Positions 10,251-19,350 of a stretch of 64,000 nucleotides of DNA are shown here, one piece after another (positions within the stretch are counted from its first letter, which is position 1; every line of letters begins with the position of its first letter). The notes beneath the pieces are model-generated. The model was not told where the DNA came from. It saw only the letters and a program-made list of their open reading frames with translations, and did no database searches. The DNA is from an uncultured virus (IMG/VR IMGVR_UViG_3300018080_000162) (Duplodnaviria; Heunggongvirae; Uroviricota; Caudoviricetes). The position numbers were made by a program, and so were the translations under genes. The DNA lies in the IMG/VR virus record IMGVR_UViG_3300018080_000162, one strand, 5' to 3'.

Positions 10251-10632
10251 GTGTTTCGGGTTCTTTGATTCGGATGAAGTTGCGTGTCAGAGTTGCGCTT
10301 TGAGGGAGCAGTGTGACATCCAGTGTCAAAAGCTGGCGAGTATCAAGAGTCAAATTGAGAAGCCTGAAGACATCATCGCTTTTGAGAATGGCAAGGAGCA
10401 GCTTTTCAGCAAGCGCACGGTGCTGGAGCTATGCTTGAGAATCAGGAGGCTCAAAGAGGACTTGAGAAGGAAAGAAGAGGAGTTTGAAGAAGTGCAGGAA
10501 GAGTTGAACTTGAAGAAGGTTGAAGCGGAGACCATGATGAACGCTTTTCTTGTGCTGAAGAATCAGAATACGACTCTTTTGAAGGCGTTGGGACACGACC
10601 CATCAAAGGGACAGAAGGAAGGCTTAGAATGA
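10210..10632 (+). CDS. CFG-Cys module + coiled coil
   Basis: CFGFFDSDEVACQSCALREQC. Confidence 0.65.
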   Translation: MPTPSNNEHFQLPECFGFFDSDEVACQSCALREQCDIQCQKLASIKSQIEKPEDIIAFENGKEQLFSKRTVLELCLRIRRLKEDLRRKEEEFEEVQEELNLKKVEAETMMNAFLVLKNQNTTLLKALGHDPSKGQKEGLE

Positions 10633-11267
10633 TTTTCGCTCGATATGTGGGAGAAGATAACGAGAACTTCACAACTGGAAAGATTTATCTTGGGCGTGAA
10701 GTTTCCCTGCGGGACTCATGCGATTTCAGCCATATTCGTTTTACGGATGATGGAGGAGAGGAAGCCACTATAGACACGGAGGAGACTGAAGACTTTGTGT
10801 TCTTGGAAAAAGTCTATGGTGTATGGCTTGGACTGATGAAATCGAAAACTCTGCAAGCGGGAGATGTAGTAGTTCTCGACGGGGGAGACGAAGACACATT
10901 TCATGTCGATGGGAATGGCTATCTCAATGTCTCCAACTTCGAATTGCTTGATAGGACGAATGTGCGTCCTGGTTCCTTTCTGCTCGACAAGGAGACAGGG
11001 CAGTGGGAGAAAGTGCTTAGTGTTGACGGCTCAGCGTGGGTTAGTATTGGGAAAGACCCTAATAAGCGCAGGCCTCCCACGGAGTTTGCGTTTGCCGTTA
11101 TCAATGGAGCGATTGCCACAAATCCGGTGCTGACTTGCAAGGACAATACAGGAGTGAGTCTGACGCACGGCAAACAGTATCAGCTTGTGGCAAGCAAGGG
11201 TGACAAAGCTGTGGTCAAGGATGACAATGGGGAGAAAAAGGAGTTCTTCTTTGACAGGTTCGAATGA
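10629..11267 (+). CDS. hypothetical beta-rich protein
   Basis: C-terminal LTCKDNTG..LTHGKQY...DDNGEKKEFFFDRF. Confidence 0.65.
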   Translation: MIFARYVGEDNENFTTGKIYLGREVSLRDSCDFSHIRFTDDGGEEATIDTEETEDFVFLEKVYGVWLGLMKSKTLQAGDVVVLDGGDEDTFHVDGNGYLNVSNFELLDRTNVRPGSFLLDKETGQWEKVLSVDGSAWVSIGKDPNKRRPPTEFAFAVINGAIATNPVLTCKDNTGVSLTHGKQYQLVASKGDKAVVKDDNGEKKEFFFDRFE

Positions 11268-11333
11268 CGGGGGACTTCCTATTCAACACGCCAACTTCTT
11301 CTCCGCAGGAAGTCTCCCGTCCGGTTATTTGCC

Positions 11334-12221
11334 ATGAAAATACTGGAAATCTTCAAAGGCAGACACATGGAATACTTTGAACTGGCAAGGTCTACCTATA
11401 TTGAAAACTGGCCTGACAAGCTCAATCGGCTGAGTCTTGCCCAAGTGGATATTCCCTTGACTCGAATTGATGCTCTGGCTATGGGTCTGAGCATCATGGA
11501 ATGGGCCGAAGGCTTTCGACAATATCTTGGGCATGATGACATAACAGAAGTGAAGCATGGGCCTCTTGTTGTTGGAGAAGCGACGAAGCATCTTCTGCAA
11601 CAGGCGAGGGAGAGGTATTATAGGGAAATCCACAAGGCATTGGGCAAGTTTCCGAAGGGTGCGTTCATTCGTTTGGGTAGCCGGTCTCCGAAGGATTCAT
11701 GGTGGGCGCACAAGAATGGCTTCTGTATCAAGAATGTCGCACAGGCGAAGCTTCTCTTGCAGGATAGCTCGGAAAGGCTATCCGATGACCTCCACATGGC
11801 TTTACAGAATGATTATGAGCCTCATCTCTTCGTGCGCGAGTGGTTGGATTTCAAGCCGTGGCAGGAGTTTCGCTGTTTCGTCAAAGGCAGAAGGTTGATT
11901 GGAGTCAGCCAGTACAATTATGGGGGAGAGGTTCATTTTCCAGAGGTCAAGAAATACGCGGACACGATAAAGTGGGCCATCCAGCATTTTCACAGTAAGT
12001 TCTTTCTCAAGGCTATTCATTTGAAGGATGTTGTGTTTGATGTAGTTGTGTTCGTGAAAGAGCGAGGAGACGAGAGAGAGGTACAGGTCAAGCTGTTGGA
12101 AATCAATCCATTCGGAGAGTGGACAGACCCGTGTCTCTTTGACTGGAGGAAGAAGGACGAGTGGAAAGAAGAATTTCGTTACACAGAGGAGAATGGTGAT
12201 GCGCATTGCAGTGGACTTTGA
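11334..12221 (+). CDS. Cdc123/R2K-like ATP-grasp protein
   Basis: FIRLGSRSPKD, VREW, EFRCFV...IGVSQY, VFDV, LLEINPF...DPCLFDW. Confidence 0.8.
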   Translation: MKILEIFKGRHMEYFELARSTYIENWPDKLNRLSLAQVDIPLTRIDALAMGLSIMEWAEGFRQYLGHDDITEVKHGPLVVGEATKHLLQQARERYYREIHKALGKFPKGAFIRLGSRSPKDSWWAHKNGFCIKNVAQAKLLLQDSSERLSDDLHMALQNDYEPHLFVREWLDFKPWQEFRCFVKGRRLIGVSQYNYGGEVHFPEVKKYADTIKWAIQHFHSKFFLKAIHLKDVVFDVVVFVKERGDEREVQVKLLEINPFGEWTDPCLFDWRKKDEWKEEFRYTEENGDAHCSGL

Positions 12222-12588
12222 CAAGACTATCGTTGAAGACGCCTTTCCTGCGATTGGAGAGCCTCGTAAAGACGCTCTTTGGGGCATTCAAGAGCTTCAT
12301 GCAATGGGACACAAGCTTTATCTCTGGACGTGCAGGGAAGAGCAATATTTGGCAGAAGCTATCGAGTGGATTCAAGCAAACGGTTTGGGTTATTGTTTTC
12401 AGGGGTACAACGAAAACGACCCTGAAATGATTCTGGCATTCGGCCATGACTCCAGAAAACTTACAGTGGATTTGTACTTGGACGATAAGCAGATTCCTCC
12501 GTTGCCAAGCTGGAAAGAGATAGTGGAAACAATCAGGGCGATGCCGGAACCTGTTAAGGCCAGTGAGGAATTTCCTATTACCTTTTGA
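12193..12588 (+). CDS. HAD-superfamily phosphatase
   Basis: IAVDFDKTIV, LWTCRE, RK...YLDDK. Confidence 0.85.
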   Translation: MVMRIAVDFDKTIVEDAFPAIGEPRKDALWGIQELHAMGHKLYLWTCREEQYLAEAIEWIQANGLGYCFQGYNENDPEMILAFGHDSRKLTVDLYLDDKQIPPLPSWKEIVETIRAMPEPVKASEEFPITF

Positions 12589-12598
12589 GGTTTGGGAC

Positions 12599-12823
12599 AT
12601 GGCGAAAAAGGTTCTCATCGACTTCAGGATTTGCGATAAGTGCGAGAACGAGTTCTGCAAGATGGAACTGCGCAAGCACATTGCGTCCTTTACGTCTTTT
12701 GCTGCTTTGAAGAAGTTCATGGATGGAGCTATTACAAAGGAGGATTGTATCTATCACTTGGAACATGCACTGCAAACACCAGAAGAAGGTAAGGTGGTGT
12801 GTGAGAGAAGAGAAGGGAATTGA
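12599..12823 (+). CDS. ZLEH family protein
   Basis: ICDKC...DCIYHLEH. Confidence 0.65.
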   Translation: MAKKVLIDFRICDKCENEFCKMELRKHIASFTSFAALKKFMDGAITKEDCIYHLEHALQTPEEGKVVCERREGN

Positions 12824-13001
12824 CGCCACTATCTGTATTGCTTCCAGATGTCCGCGTATGTGTTGGCAAAGTGCGCTGAATGTCTACTGGATGTTTCGAG
12901 GCAAGATTTTATTTGTCGATTGTGTTAAGAGCAACATGCAGGAAGTTCCAAATGATTGCCCGTTTTACCTTGAACAGGCATTGTCAGACGAGAATGATTG
13001 A
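12801..13001 (+). CDS. ZLEH family protein (divergent)
   Basis: PNDCPFYLEQ; start uncertain. Confidence 0.55.
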   Translation: MREEKGIDATICIASRCPRMCWQSALNVYWMFRGKILFVDCVKSNMQEVPNDCPFYLEQALSDEND

Positions 13002-13015
13002 GAGGAGAGCGACCG

Positions 13016-13258
13016 ATGGAAGCGAATCTTTCGGTTTGTGTTTGCTGTATGAAAGATGTGCTGAAGGGATGGAATTGGAGAAAGGACAGTGATGGATATG
13101 TTTGCCAATGTCCCAAAGGTTTCTCGACGGGCAATCATATAAGCATGTTAGTAGTTCCAGACAAATGTCCTTATCTGAAAGAGCACGAAGCGGCAATCAA
13201 GGCAGAGAACAAGATTAAGGAGAAAAAATATGGTTCACGATTATCCACCAAAGTGTGA
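13016..13258 (+). CDS. ZLEH family protein
   Basis: VCVCC...QCP...PDKCPYLKEH. Confidence 0.65.
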   Translation: MEANLSVCVCCMKDVLKGWNWRKDSDGYVCQCPKGFSTGNHISMLVVPDKCPYLKEHEAAIKAENKIKEKKYGSRLSTKV

Positions 13259-13493
13259 TGTGGTGCTTTATAATGACTGCGAGTATCATAGCTTCAACAC
13301 GAAATGCTATGCTTGCGGTCAGAATGTGTGCCGTTCGTGTTCGGTTCTGCGCTTTGATAAGGCTACCAGAAGGAAGACGAGGGCTTGCTACAGTTGCGTA
13401 ACAGATGACCCTGAGCGTTGGGGCTTCAAGGATTTGGCCGAGGCAGAAAGCTTCTTCGATAATAGGTACTTGGGGGTTGTCAAAGATGCTTGA
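13230..13493 (+). CDS. small Cys-rich protein
   Basis: CYACG, CRSC, CYSC. Confidence 0.55.
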   Translation: MVHDYPPKCDVVLYNDCEYHSFNTKCYACGQNVCRSCSVLRFDKATRRKTRACYSCVTDDPERWGFKDLAEAESFFDNRYLGVVKDA

Positions 13494-13680
13494 AAAGAAA
13501 GTCTGCAAATATTGTCAAGCGGAGAATGGCGACCAGTGGGATTCTCGCCAAGAAGAGCTTTGGAATGAAGTCGGTCGTGTTCTTTGCCCGCAGGATTATC
13601 TCTTCGCTGACGTGCAGGGAAGACCTCCTTGCTATTGCCCCTATGACCTTGAGCATACGGTAAATCAGGATGCTGAATAA
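13486..13680 (+). CDS. ZLEH family protein
   Basis: MLEKKVCKYC...PPCYCPYDLEH. Confidence 0.8.
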   Translation: MLEKKVCKYCQAENGDQWDSRQEELWNEVGRVLCPQDYLFADVQGRPPCYCPYDLEHTVNQDAE

Positions 13681-13861
13681 ACAGGTTTGTCAAGAGTGTT
13701 GTAAGAAGTACGGCTGGAAGTGGCAACCCACGCTCTTCGAAAAGATGCGGGAGATTCGTTGTCCTTATGAAGTGGGGGCGAAGAAAGCAAACGTGAACGG
13801 GGAACCGCATGACCGCTGTCCTTTTTATCTTGAGCATAAGTTGAGTGAAAAACAATGCTGA
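13670..13861 (+). CDS. ZLEH family protein
   Basis: MLNKQVCQEC...CPFYLEH. Confidence 0.8.
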   Translation: MLNKQVCQECCKKYGWKWQPTLFEKMREIRCPYEVGAKKANVNGEPHDRCPFYLEHKLSEKQC

Positions 13862-14052
13862 TGAAAGAGATTTGTCTAAAGTGCGACCATTACTGTGCGG
13901 AGAGCCACTTAACACCGAAGCAGTGGTCTTGTGGACAAGCCATAGATAAGACGCTTACGACATATTTCAAGATTTTGTCTGAGGGCGCGATGCCTCCTGA
14001 GTGGTGTCCTTTCGACTTGGAGCACAAGATAGCGGAGAGCGTGACGGAATGA
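13855..14052 (+). CDS. ZLEH family protein
   Basis: MLMKEICLKC...PPEWCPFDLEH. Confidence 0.8.
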   Translation: MLMKEICLKCDHYCAESHLTPKQWSCGQAIDKTLTTYFKILSEGAMPPEWCPFDLEHKIAESVTE

Positions 14053-14672
14053 CCAAATTTGCTTTCAGACCGACGACCATTCGAGATGTAATTGTTGTGG
14101 ATTCGGAGCCTTTCGAAGACCATCGAGGCTGTTTTACGGAGACGTATCACACGAAGAAATTTGCGGATGCTGGTATTACGGCCACTTTCGTTCAGGAGAA
14201 TATGTCTTTTTCCAATGGTGGTGTTTTAAGGGGTCTGCATTACCAACTTCGCCATCCGCAAGCAAAGCTGGTCAGAGTAGTCGTTGGCGAGATTTTTGAT
14301 GTGGCTGTGGACATCAGGAGGAATTCTCCGACGTTTGGTGCATGGGTGGGAGAAACGCTTTCTGAGTCCAATTACAGGCAGATGTTCGCTCCTCAGGGAT
14401 TCGCGCACGGCTTTTGGGTTAAGTCGGATTACGCAGTTGTCTGTTACAAATGTTCTGACTTTTACGCGCCAGAAGACGATTACGGTATTTGTTGGAATGA
14501 TGAGGAAATAGGAATTCGATGGCCTTGGATTGACGAGCACAATTTGATAATGAGAAATTTCAAGCCGGTGGTGTCAGAGAAGGACGCAGCATTGCCGAGG
14601 CTTCGGAGTATTTCTCATCATTATCTGCCGCTTTATGAGGAGCCTACAATTGCTAAAGAAGAAGGTATGTAA
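14049..14672 (+). CDS. rmlC: dTDP-4-dehydrorhamnose 3,5-epimerase
   Basis: DHRGCFTETY, VLRGLHYQ, QAKLVRV, DVAVDIR, GFAHGF, SEKD. Confidence 0.92.
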   Translation: MTKFAFRPTTIRDVIVVDSEPFEDHRGCFTETYHTKKFADAGITATFVQENMSFSNGGVLRGLHYQLRHPQAKLVRVVVGEIFDVAVDIRRNSPTFGAWVGETLSESNYRQMFAPQGFAHGFWVKSDYAVVCYKCSDFYAPEDDYGICWNDEEIGIRWPWIDEHNLIMRNFKPVVSEKDAALPRLRSISHHYLPLYEEPTIAKEEGM

Positions 14673-14874
14673 GCTCTGCCATAAAGAGAATGGCCGTTGT
14701 TGGAATGATTTCAATGATTGGGCATGGGAAGATGGTCATGTTCGGTGTCCTGCTGTTTATTACTTTTCGCTGGCCGAGAGCTTAAAACGCAGGGGAGACA
14801 AAACTGAGATGTATGCCGAGACTGAGAAGCCTCCCCCAAAGAATTGCTTTTTCAAGCTGGAGCAGGAGTTGTAA
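14650..14874 (+). CDS. ZLEH family protein
   Basis: LKKKVCKLC...PPPKNCFFKLEQ. Confidence 0.75.
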   Translation: MLKKKVCKLCHKENGRCWNDFNDWAWEDGHVRCPAVYYFSLAESLKRRGDKTEMYAETEKPPPKNCFFKLEQEL

Positions 14875-14876
14875 TA

Positions 14877-15110
14877 ATGCTTGACCTTGGCTTGTGTCAG
14901 CGATGTCAAAAAGAAAGAGGAGAGTTCCGGCAGTCAGTAACGGCAATGCGTAATTACTGTGGCATCCATTGCCCGACGAAAGGTCAACCGTTTCGCAAGG
15001 TCAATCTTTATGATTTGCCTCCCGCAGGTTGCCCCTATGCAATGGAGCATCGAGTCAGTATGCAGGCAGAAAATAGATGTTTGGGCCAAGAAAAAGTGTC
15101 GAAAAAGTAG
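14877..15110 (+). CDS. ZLEH family protein
   Basis: LCQRC...PPAGCPYAMEH. Confidence 0.75.
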   Translation: MLDLGLCQRCQKERGEFRQSVTAMRNYCGIHCPTKGQPFRKVNLYDLPPAGCPYAMEHRVSMQAENRCLGQEKVSKK

Positions 15111-15151
15111 GTATTTGCCGTATAGAAGGATGGGACAGAAAGTAGGTCTAA

Positions 15152-15373
15152 ATGTTGAGCAAGGAAGTATGTAAGTGTTGTAATGAAAGGTTTTCTGACG
15201 TAAAGACTTCATGGGAGGAATCCGATGATGAGCTTTGGTCAGAGGGCTTTGTTTTCTGTCCATCTCCTTTTGCCGAGGGCAAGGCGACATTTTCATGCCG
15301 GTCAAACCAGACCTGTTCTGAGACCTGTCCTTTCAAGTTCGAGCACATGATTGCGGGTGAAGAATGCTCCTGA
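15152..15373 (+). CDS. ZLEH family protein
   Basis: MLSKEVCKCC...CPFKFEH. Confidence 0.8.
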   Translation: MLSKEVCKCCNERFSDVKTSWEESDDELWSEGFVFCPSPFAEGKATFSCRSNQTCSETCPFKFEHMIAGEECS

Positions 15374-15591
15374 GAGAAGTCTGTAAACACTGTAAAGAGA
15401 CAGCGAGGATGGGAAAGCTTTGGTGTGGGTCGCATGATACTCATTGGGAACGAGGTTATGTTCTCTGTCCAGAGAAATTTGGTAGTGACGGAGATGCTTT
15501 CTTGACAGTGAATGTAAGTCAGCCTCCTCCCAAATGGTGCCCATACCGGCTTGAACACGAAGTAGGAAGCCAAGAATGTGTATCTCGGTAG
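15364..15591 (+). CDS. ZLEH family protein
   Basis: MLLREVCKHC...PPPKWCPYRLEH. Confidence 0.8.
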   Translation: MLLREVCKHCKETARMGKLWCGSHDTHWERGYVLCPEKFGSDGDAFLTVNVSQPPPKWCPYRLEHEVGSQECVSR

Positions 15592-15836
15592 ACAAGCTCA
15601 GCAAAGAAGCCTGCAAGAGATGTTATTCTGACCACGGCGAAACGTGGAATGAGCAGGATGATAAATCGTGGAATGAGCATGGTATTATTCACTGCATGAA
15701 AGAACGAGAATGTGACCAGAAGAATGCTCATTTACCTTATGAGTGGCGTTTTTCGGAATATGCTGTGTTTCCTCTTGACCTATGTCCGTATATGTTCGAG
15801 CATCATATAGGAACAGGAGAGAGAATTGCCCTTTAA
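15576..15836 (+). CDS. ZLEH family protein
   Basis: LSKEACKRC...CPYMFEH. Confidence 0.75.
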   Translation: MCISVDKLSKEACKRCYSDHGETWNEQDDKSWNEHGIIHCMKERECDQKNAHLPYEWRFSEYAVFPLDLCPYMFEHHIGTGERIAL

Positions 15837-16047
15837 GCACGTTTGCCAGCAATGTCGGGATGACTGGACTGCCGTAGATGAAGAATACTGGCAGAAGCAT
15901 AAAAGGGTCTACTGCAAGGTCAAGGATGCTCTTCTGGATACCAATCAAAAGGATTTGACCTTTTGTCCTTTTGCTTCCAAGCAGAAACCGACGAAGAGCC
16001 ATTGGAGACGTATCAAACACATGAGAAAGATGAGGAGGAGGAGATGA
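15826..16047 (+). CDS. ZLEH family protein (divergent tail)
   Basis: KHVCQQC...W...VYC...FCPF. Confidence 0.65.
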   Translation: MPFKHVCQQCRDDWTAVDEEYWQKHKRVYCKVKDALLDTNQKDLTFCPFASKQKPTKSHWRRIKHMRKMRRRR

Positions 16048-16382
16048 GCGGCTGGCATTTTTCAAGTGGTGCGGCTCATCGTAGAAGAAAGAGGTATGTT
16101 GAGGAAAACAAACGCAAGATAGCTCTTACGAAAGAGATTTGCGAGAGATGCCACGTATCGAATCCTCGGTCAAAGGGCTGGACAGTTTACAAGGAAAACT
16201 TTTGGGAAAAAGAAGGCTATGTTTACTGTCCTGCTTATAGAACGAATATCTCAGTCTTCTATGTGCATCCGAATTGCTGGTATTTTCTTGAGCAGAAGCT
16301 CAAGCAGGAAGAGAGAAAGAAGGATTGGAATGCTCGTAAAGAAGCTATGCAGGGATTGCTGGAAAAGAAAGCAATGGATTGA
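16044..16382 (+). CDS. ZLEH family protein
   Basis: TKEICERC...VYCP...PNCWYFLEQ. Confidence 0.75.
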   Translation: MSGWHFSSGAAHRRRKRYVEENKRKIALTKEICERCHVSNPRSKGWTVYKENFWEKEGYVYCPAYRTNISVFYVHPNCWYFLEQKLKQEERKKDWNARKEAMQGLLEKKAMD

Positions 16383-16593
16383 GAAGCTCAAAGAGTTCGA
16401 AGAGGTCTGGTCGAAGCCCTGCGTGGCAATACTCTGTCCTGCCGTAAGAAAAGAAGGCATTAAGGGGAAGCAGCACGTTTATCTTAATGACGACCCTCCT
16501 TTGGGTTGTCCTTATTACCTTGAGCACATGGTCAGCAATTATGGCAAGGAGAATATGAATGGAACTAAAAAAAGGCGACATGTTCAGTCGTAA
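16330..16593 (+). CDS. ZLEH family protein
   Basis: MLVKKLCRDC...PPLGCPYYLEH. Confidence 0.8.
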   Translation: MLVKKLCRDCWKRKQWIEKLKEFEEVWSKPCVAILCPAVRKEGIKGKQHVYLNDDPPLGCPYYLEHMVSNYGKENMNGTKKRRHVQS

Positions 16594-17008
16594 GAACATC
16601 GAGCCTATCTTTTTTACGGCTAATTCGGTCGTGACGAAGGATGGGCGGCTTGTGATGGGTGCGGGCGCGGCTCTGGATGCGAAAAAAGCCTTTCCTAATA
16701 GCGACAAGGATTTTGGAGCACTGGTTAAGGCTTATGGCATCAAGACGGACAATGGATTGCGTTTTGGCGTTCTCTGGTCGAGAAAGAGGATGCTCGGAGC
16801 GTTTCAGACAAAGTATCATTGGAAAGAAAACTCAGACATGGATTTGATATTCTACGCGGCCATTATGCTTTCTGGATTTTCACGCAGAGTCGGAATGCTG
16901 AATGTCAACTTTCCGGGTATCAACTATGGTGGCTTACAGCGGTCTGAAGTGCTTGAGGTCATTCAGGACATCTGGAAGACTGACCCGATTGTTGTTTGGG
17001 AGAAATGA
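16559..17008 (+). CDS. macrodomain-like (ADP-ribose binding/hydrolase) protein
   Basis: TANS...VMGAGAA, FQTKYHW, FPGINYGGL. Confidence 0.7.
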   Translation: MELKKGDMFSRKNIEPIFFTANSVVTKDGRLVMGAGAALDAKKAFPNSDKDFGALVKAYGIKTDNGLRFGVLWSRKRMLGAFQTKYHWKENSDMDLIFYAAIMLSGFSRRVGMLNVNFPGINYGGLQRSEVLEVIQDIWKTDPIVVWEK

Positions 17009-17223
17009 TGCTCGTCAAAGAGATTTGCTTTGCTTGTCACGAGAGTAATGGATTTTGTTGGAGTAGCGATGAGGACGACGATTGGGACAACGATGGAATT
17101 GTTTCTTGCCACAAATATGCCACTTTCAGTTGGGGGCATGGTGTGGACATTAAGGGACGACCGCCTGAGTATTGTCCTTTTTACCTTGAGCATGAGGTTG
17201 GTGGGCAGGGAGAAATGAAGTGA
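17005..17223 (+). CDS. ZLEH family protein
   Basis: MLVKEICFAC...PPEYCPFYLEH. Confidence 0.8.
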   Translation: MMLVKEICFACHESNGFCWSSDEDDDWDNDGIVSCHKYATFSWGHGVDIKGRPPEYCPFYLEHEVGGQGEMK

Positions 17224-17474
17224 AAATCTGCGTGGGCTTATACAATGTTTTGGGTACATACAAGCAACTTCTCGAAGAAAGTAAAGGCGACCCGCAGGTG
17301 CTGGCTCTTTTGATGCTCGTGGATGTGATTTCGCAGCTTCCAGAATCAGGCATTGAGATAGAAATCAAGCAAAATTCTGAACTTGCTGAGAAGATAAGTG
17401 AACTGAACAATCTTCTTGACAACATTGGAGTCCAGCTTGAAAAAGTTGTTGACTTGCTGGAGAGACCTGTATAA
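17220..17474 (+). CDS. hypothetical protein
   Basis: 84-aa helical ORF in operon. Confidence 0.5.
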   Translation: MKICVGLYNVLGTYKQLLEESKGDPQVLALLMLVDVISQLPESGIEIEIKQNSELAEKISELNNLLDNIGVQLEKVVDLLERPV

Positions 17475-17653
17475 TGGATGTCAGAGCAAAGAAAGAAATC
17501 TGCCAGCAATGTAAAAGCAGGTGGCAAGGCATGGATGAGGAATTGTGGAGAAGGTTAGGCCGTATTCGGTGCAAGGTCAAGACTTTGGCGTCGAAACAGA
17601 AAGTGCCTTTGGATTGTCCTTTCAGAATTGAACACGCAATGGAGGAGAAATGA
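17474..17653 (+). CDS. ZLEH family protein (not in ORF track)
   Basis: manual translation: MDVRAKKEICQQC...PLDCPFRIEH. Confidence 0.7.
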   Translation: MDVRAKKEICQQCKSRWQGMDEELWRRLGRIRCKVKTLASKQKVPLDCPFRIEHAMEEK

Positions 17654-17654
17654 A

Positions 17655-18005
17655 ATGGAGCCTGCTTATTGTTACAAAGCAATGGTGACGAGCGTTTATG
17701 ATGGTGATACGGTGACGATGGCAATAGATTTGGGAATGTATACGTGGTTGCATGACCAAAAGATTCGGCTGGAAGGAATCAATACACCTGAAATTCGAGG
17801 AGCAGAAAGGGAAGCGGGTCTGAAGAGCAGAGATTTTCTAAGGGGGCTTATCTTGAACAAAGAAGTCATCGTCGAGACAGTCAAAGACAAGAAAGGAAAA
17901 TACGGTCGCTGGATAGGAAAAGTCTGGATTGTCATTGATAAAGATTGGGTCTGCGTCAACGACCTGCTTGTTAGAAAGAGACTGGCTAAACGTGTCAAAT
18001 ACTAA
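17655..18005 (+). CDS. thermonuclease (SNase) family protein
   Basis: VYDGDT, IRLEGINTPE, KGKYGRW, VNDLLV. Confidence 0.88.
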   Translation: MEPAYCYKAMVTSVYDGDTVTMAIDLGMYTWLHDQKIRLEGINTPEIRGAEREAGLKSRDFLRGLILNKEVIVETVKDKKGKYGRWIGKVWIVIDKDWVCVNDLLVRKRLAKRVKY

Positions 18006-18243
18006 GAAAATCTACAGGTCGTTAGACATCTGCAAGTATTGTTACGCGCAGAGGGTTTTGGAGAATAAGCCAAAGAATCAATACGAGGCTGCATTTGCGT
18101 TGATGGCTTTGGAGTTCGACCCTGATGACAATAAGCCTTATCTGCCGGTATTGTGCAGACATGAGATAAAGGGTTGGAGAGCTACGACGAAGCTACCGAA
18201 AGAATGTCATTATTGGCTGGAGCATCGAATTGAGCTTGAGTAA
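17992..18243 (+). CDS. ZLEH family protein
   Basis: ICKYC...PKECHYWLEH. Confidence 0.7.
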   Translation: MSNTKKIYRSLDICKYCYAQRVLENKPKNQYEAAFALMALEFDPDDNKPYLPVLCRHEIKGWRATTKLPKECHYWLEHRIELE

Positions 18244-18484
18244 GAAAATCTGCATGGCTTGTGTTGAAAAATTTTCGCCACCGGGTAGCTCGTGGCATGG
18301 AGGGTATCCCAAGCTCAAAGATTGGACATTTGAAAGGGTGTGGGTAGAAAGTAAGGAAGCTCCATGTCCTATTGAAGCAAGAAGTCATCTTCGCGTGGTG
18401 TGGTTTCCTTATATTAGTGGAGAACCTCCTCCGTGGTGCCCGTTCGCTTTGGAACATATTCTGGAAGAAGAGCATGTTGGTTAA
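18230..18484 (+). CDS. ZLEH family protein
   Basis: LSKKICMAC...PPPWCPFALEH. Confidence 0.8.
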   Translation: MSLSKKICMACVEKFSPPGSSWHGGYPKLKDWTFERVWVESKEAPCPIEARSHLRVVWFPYISGEPPPWCPFALEHILEEEHVG

Positions 18485-18716
18485 GAGTGTATGTAAAAGA
18501 TGTCACGAGGAGCACGAGGACGAGTGGGGATGCGTGGATGATATGGATTGGAGAGGAATTTATTCAATTGGTCAAAAGATGAAAAAGATTGTAGGCTGCG
18601 TTCGTTGTTATGCCGCGTTGGATGACAAGAAGAAACCAAGGAGAATTCCGATTGACAAAGGGATTCCAACGGATTGCCCTTTCCATCTTGAGCACGTGAT
18701 GACACAGACATGCTAA
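18474..18716 (+). CDS. ZLEH family protein
   Basis: MLVKSVCKRC...PTDCPFHLEH. Confidence 0.8.
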   Translation: MLVKSVCKRCHEEHEDEWGCVDDMDWRGIYSIGQKMKKIVGCVRCYAALDDKKKPRRIPIDKGIPTDCPFHLEHVMTQTC

Positions 18717-18913
18717 GCAAGAAAGTTTGCATAAACTGTCTGGTGCAAAAACAACCAGACAACTTCACGGATGCCATTGAATACGAATGGGAGCATCATC
18801 ATTCGATTCGATGTCCGGCGAAAGGCGATTACGTAAGTATCAGTTTTGGGCCTCCTGACGAATGTCCTTTTCATTTGGAGCACCAGATAAATGTTAAAGA
18901 AGGAAATTTGTAA
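18710..18913 (+). CDS. ZLEH family protein
   Basis: MLSKKVCINC...PPDECPFHLEH. Confidence 0.8.
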   Translation: MLSKKVCINCLVQKQPDNFTDAIEYEWEHHHSIRCPAKGDYVSISFGPPDECPFHLEHQINVKEGNL

Positions 18914-19136
18914 GCACTGTTTACACGAGTATTATCGTAACATCAAGAAAAATGAATGGTCGGATTATCGTGAGATACTTTGGGAAGAGGAGGGGTCGAT
19001 ACTTTGTCCTATTCATTTGCGGAGGCGTCAGCCTGTGGCGAACGCGCCTACAGATATACGGAAAATTCCATCTTATTGTCCTTTCCATTTGGAGCATCGT
19101 CTTGCTGACGAAGAGCGTGTGCAAACATTGTCTTGA
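18891..19136 (+). CDS. ZLEH family protein
   Basis: MLKKEICKHC...PSYCPFHLEH. Confidence 0.8.
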   Translation: MLKKEICKHCLHEYYRNIKKNEWSDYREILWEEEGSILCPIHLRRRQPVANAPTDIRKIPSYCPFHLEHRLADEERVQTLS

Positions 19137-19350
19137 GACGATTCCTTGTGTTTCCACGGGCACGATTCGTGGATGGGATGATTGGGACGAAGCCTACTGG
19201 ATTGGAACGAATCCGGCATCCGAGCGCGAGAACAGTCTTCGTCCTTCAGTGGCCTGTCCTATCTATAAATATAATTGGTGGAAAAGAACCGACGAGCCGC
19301 CTTCGATAGAGTGTCCTTTCTTTCTGGAGCACATGGTCAATGCTGAGTAA
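19102..19350 (+). CDS. ZLEH family protein
   Basis: LTKSVCKHC...ECPFFLEH. Confidence 0.8.
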   Translation: MLTKSVCKHCLETIPCVSTGTIRGWDDWDEAYWIGTNPASERENSLRPSVACPIYKYNWWKRTDEPPSIECPFFLEHMVNAE

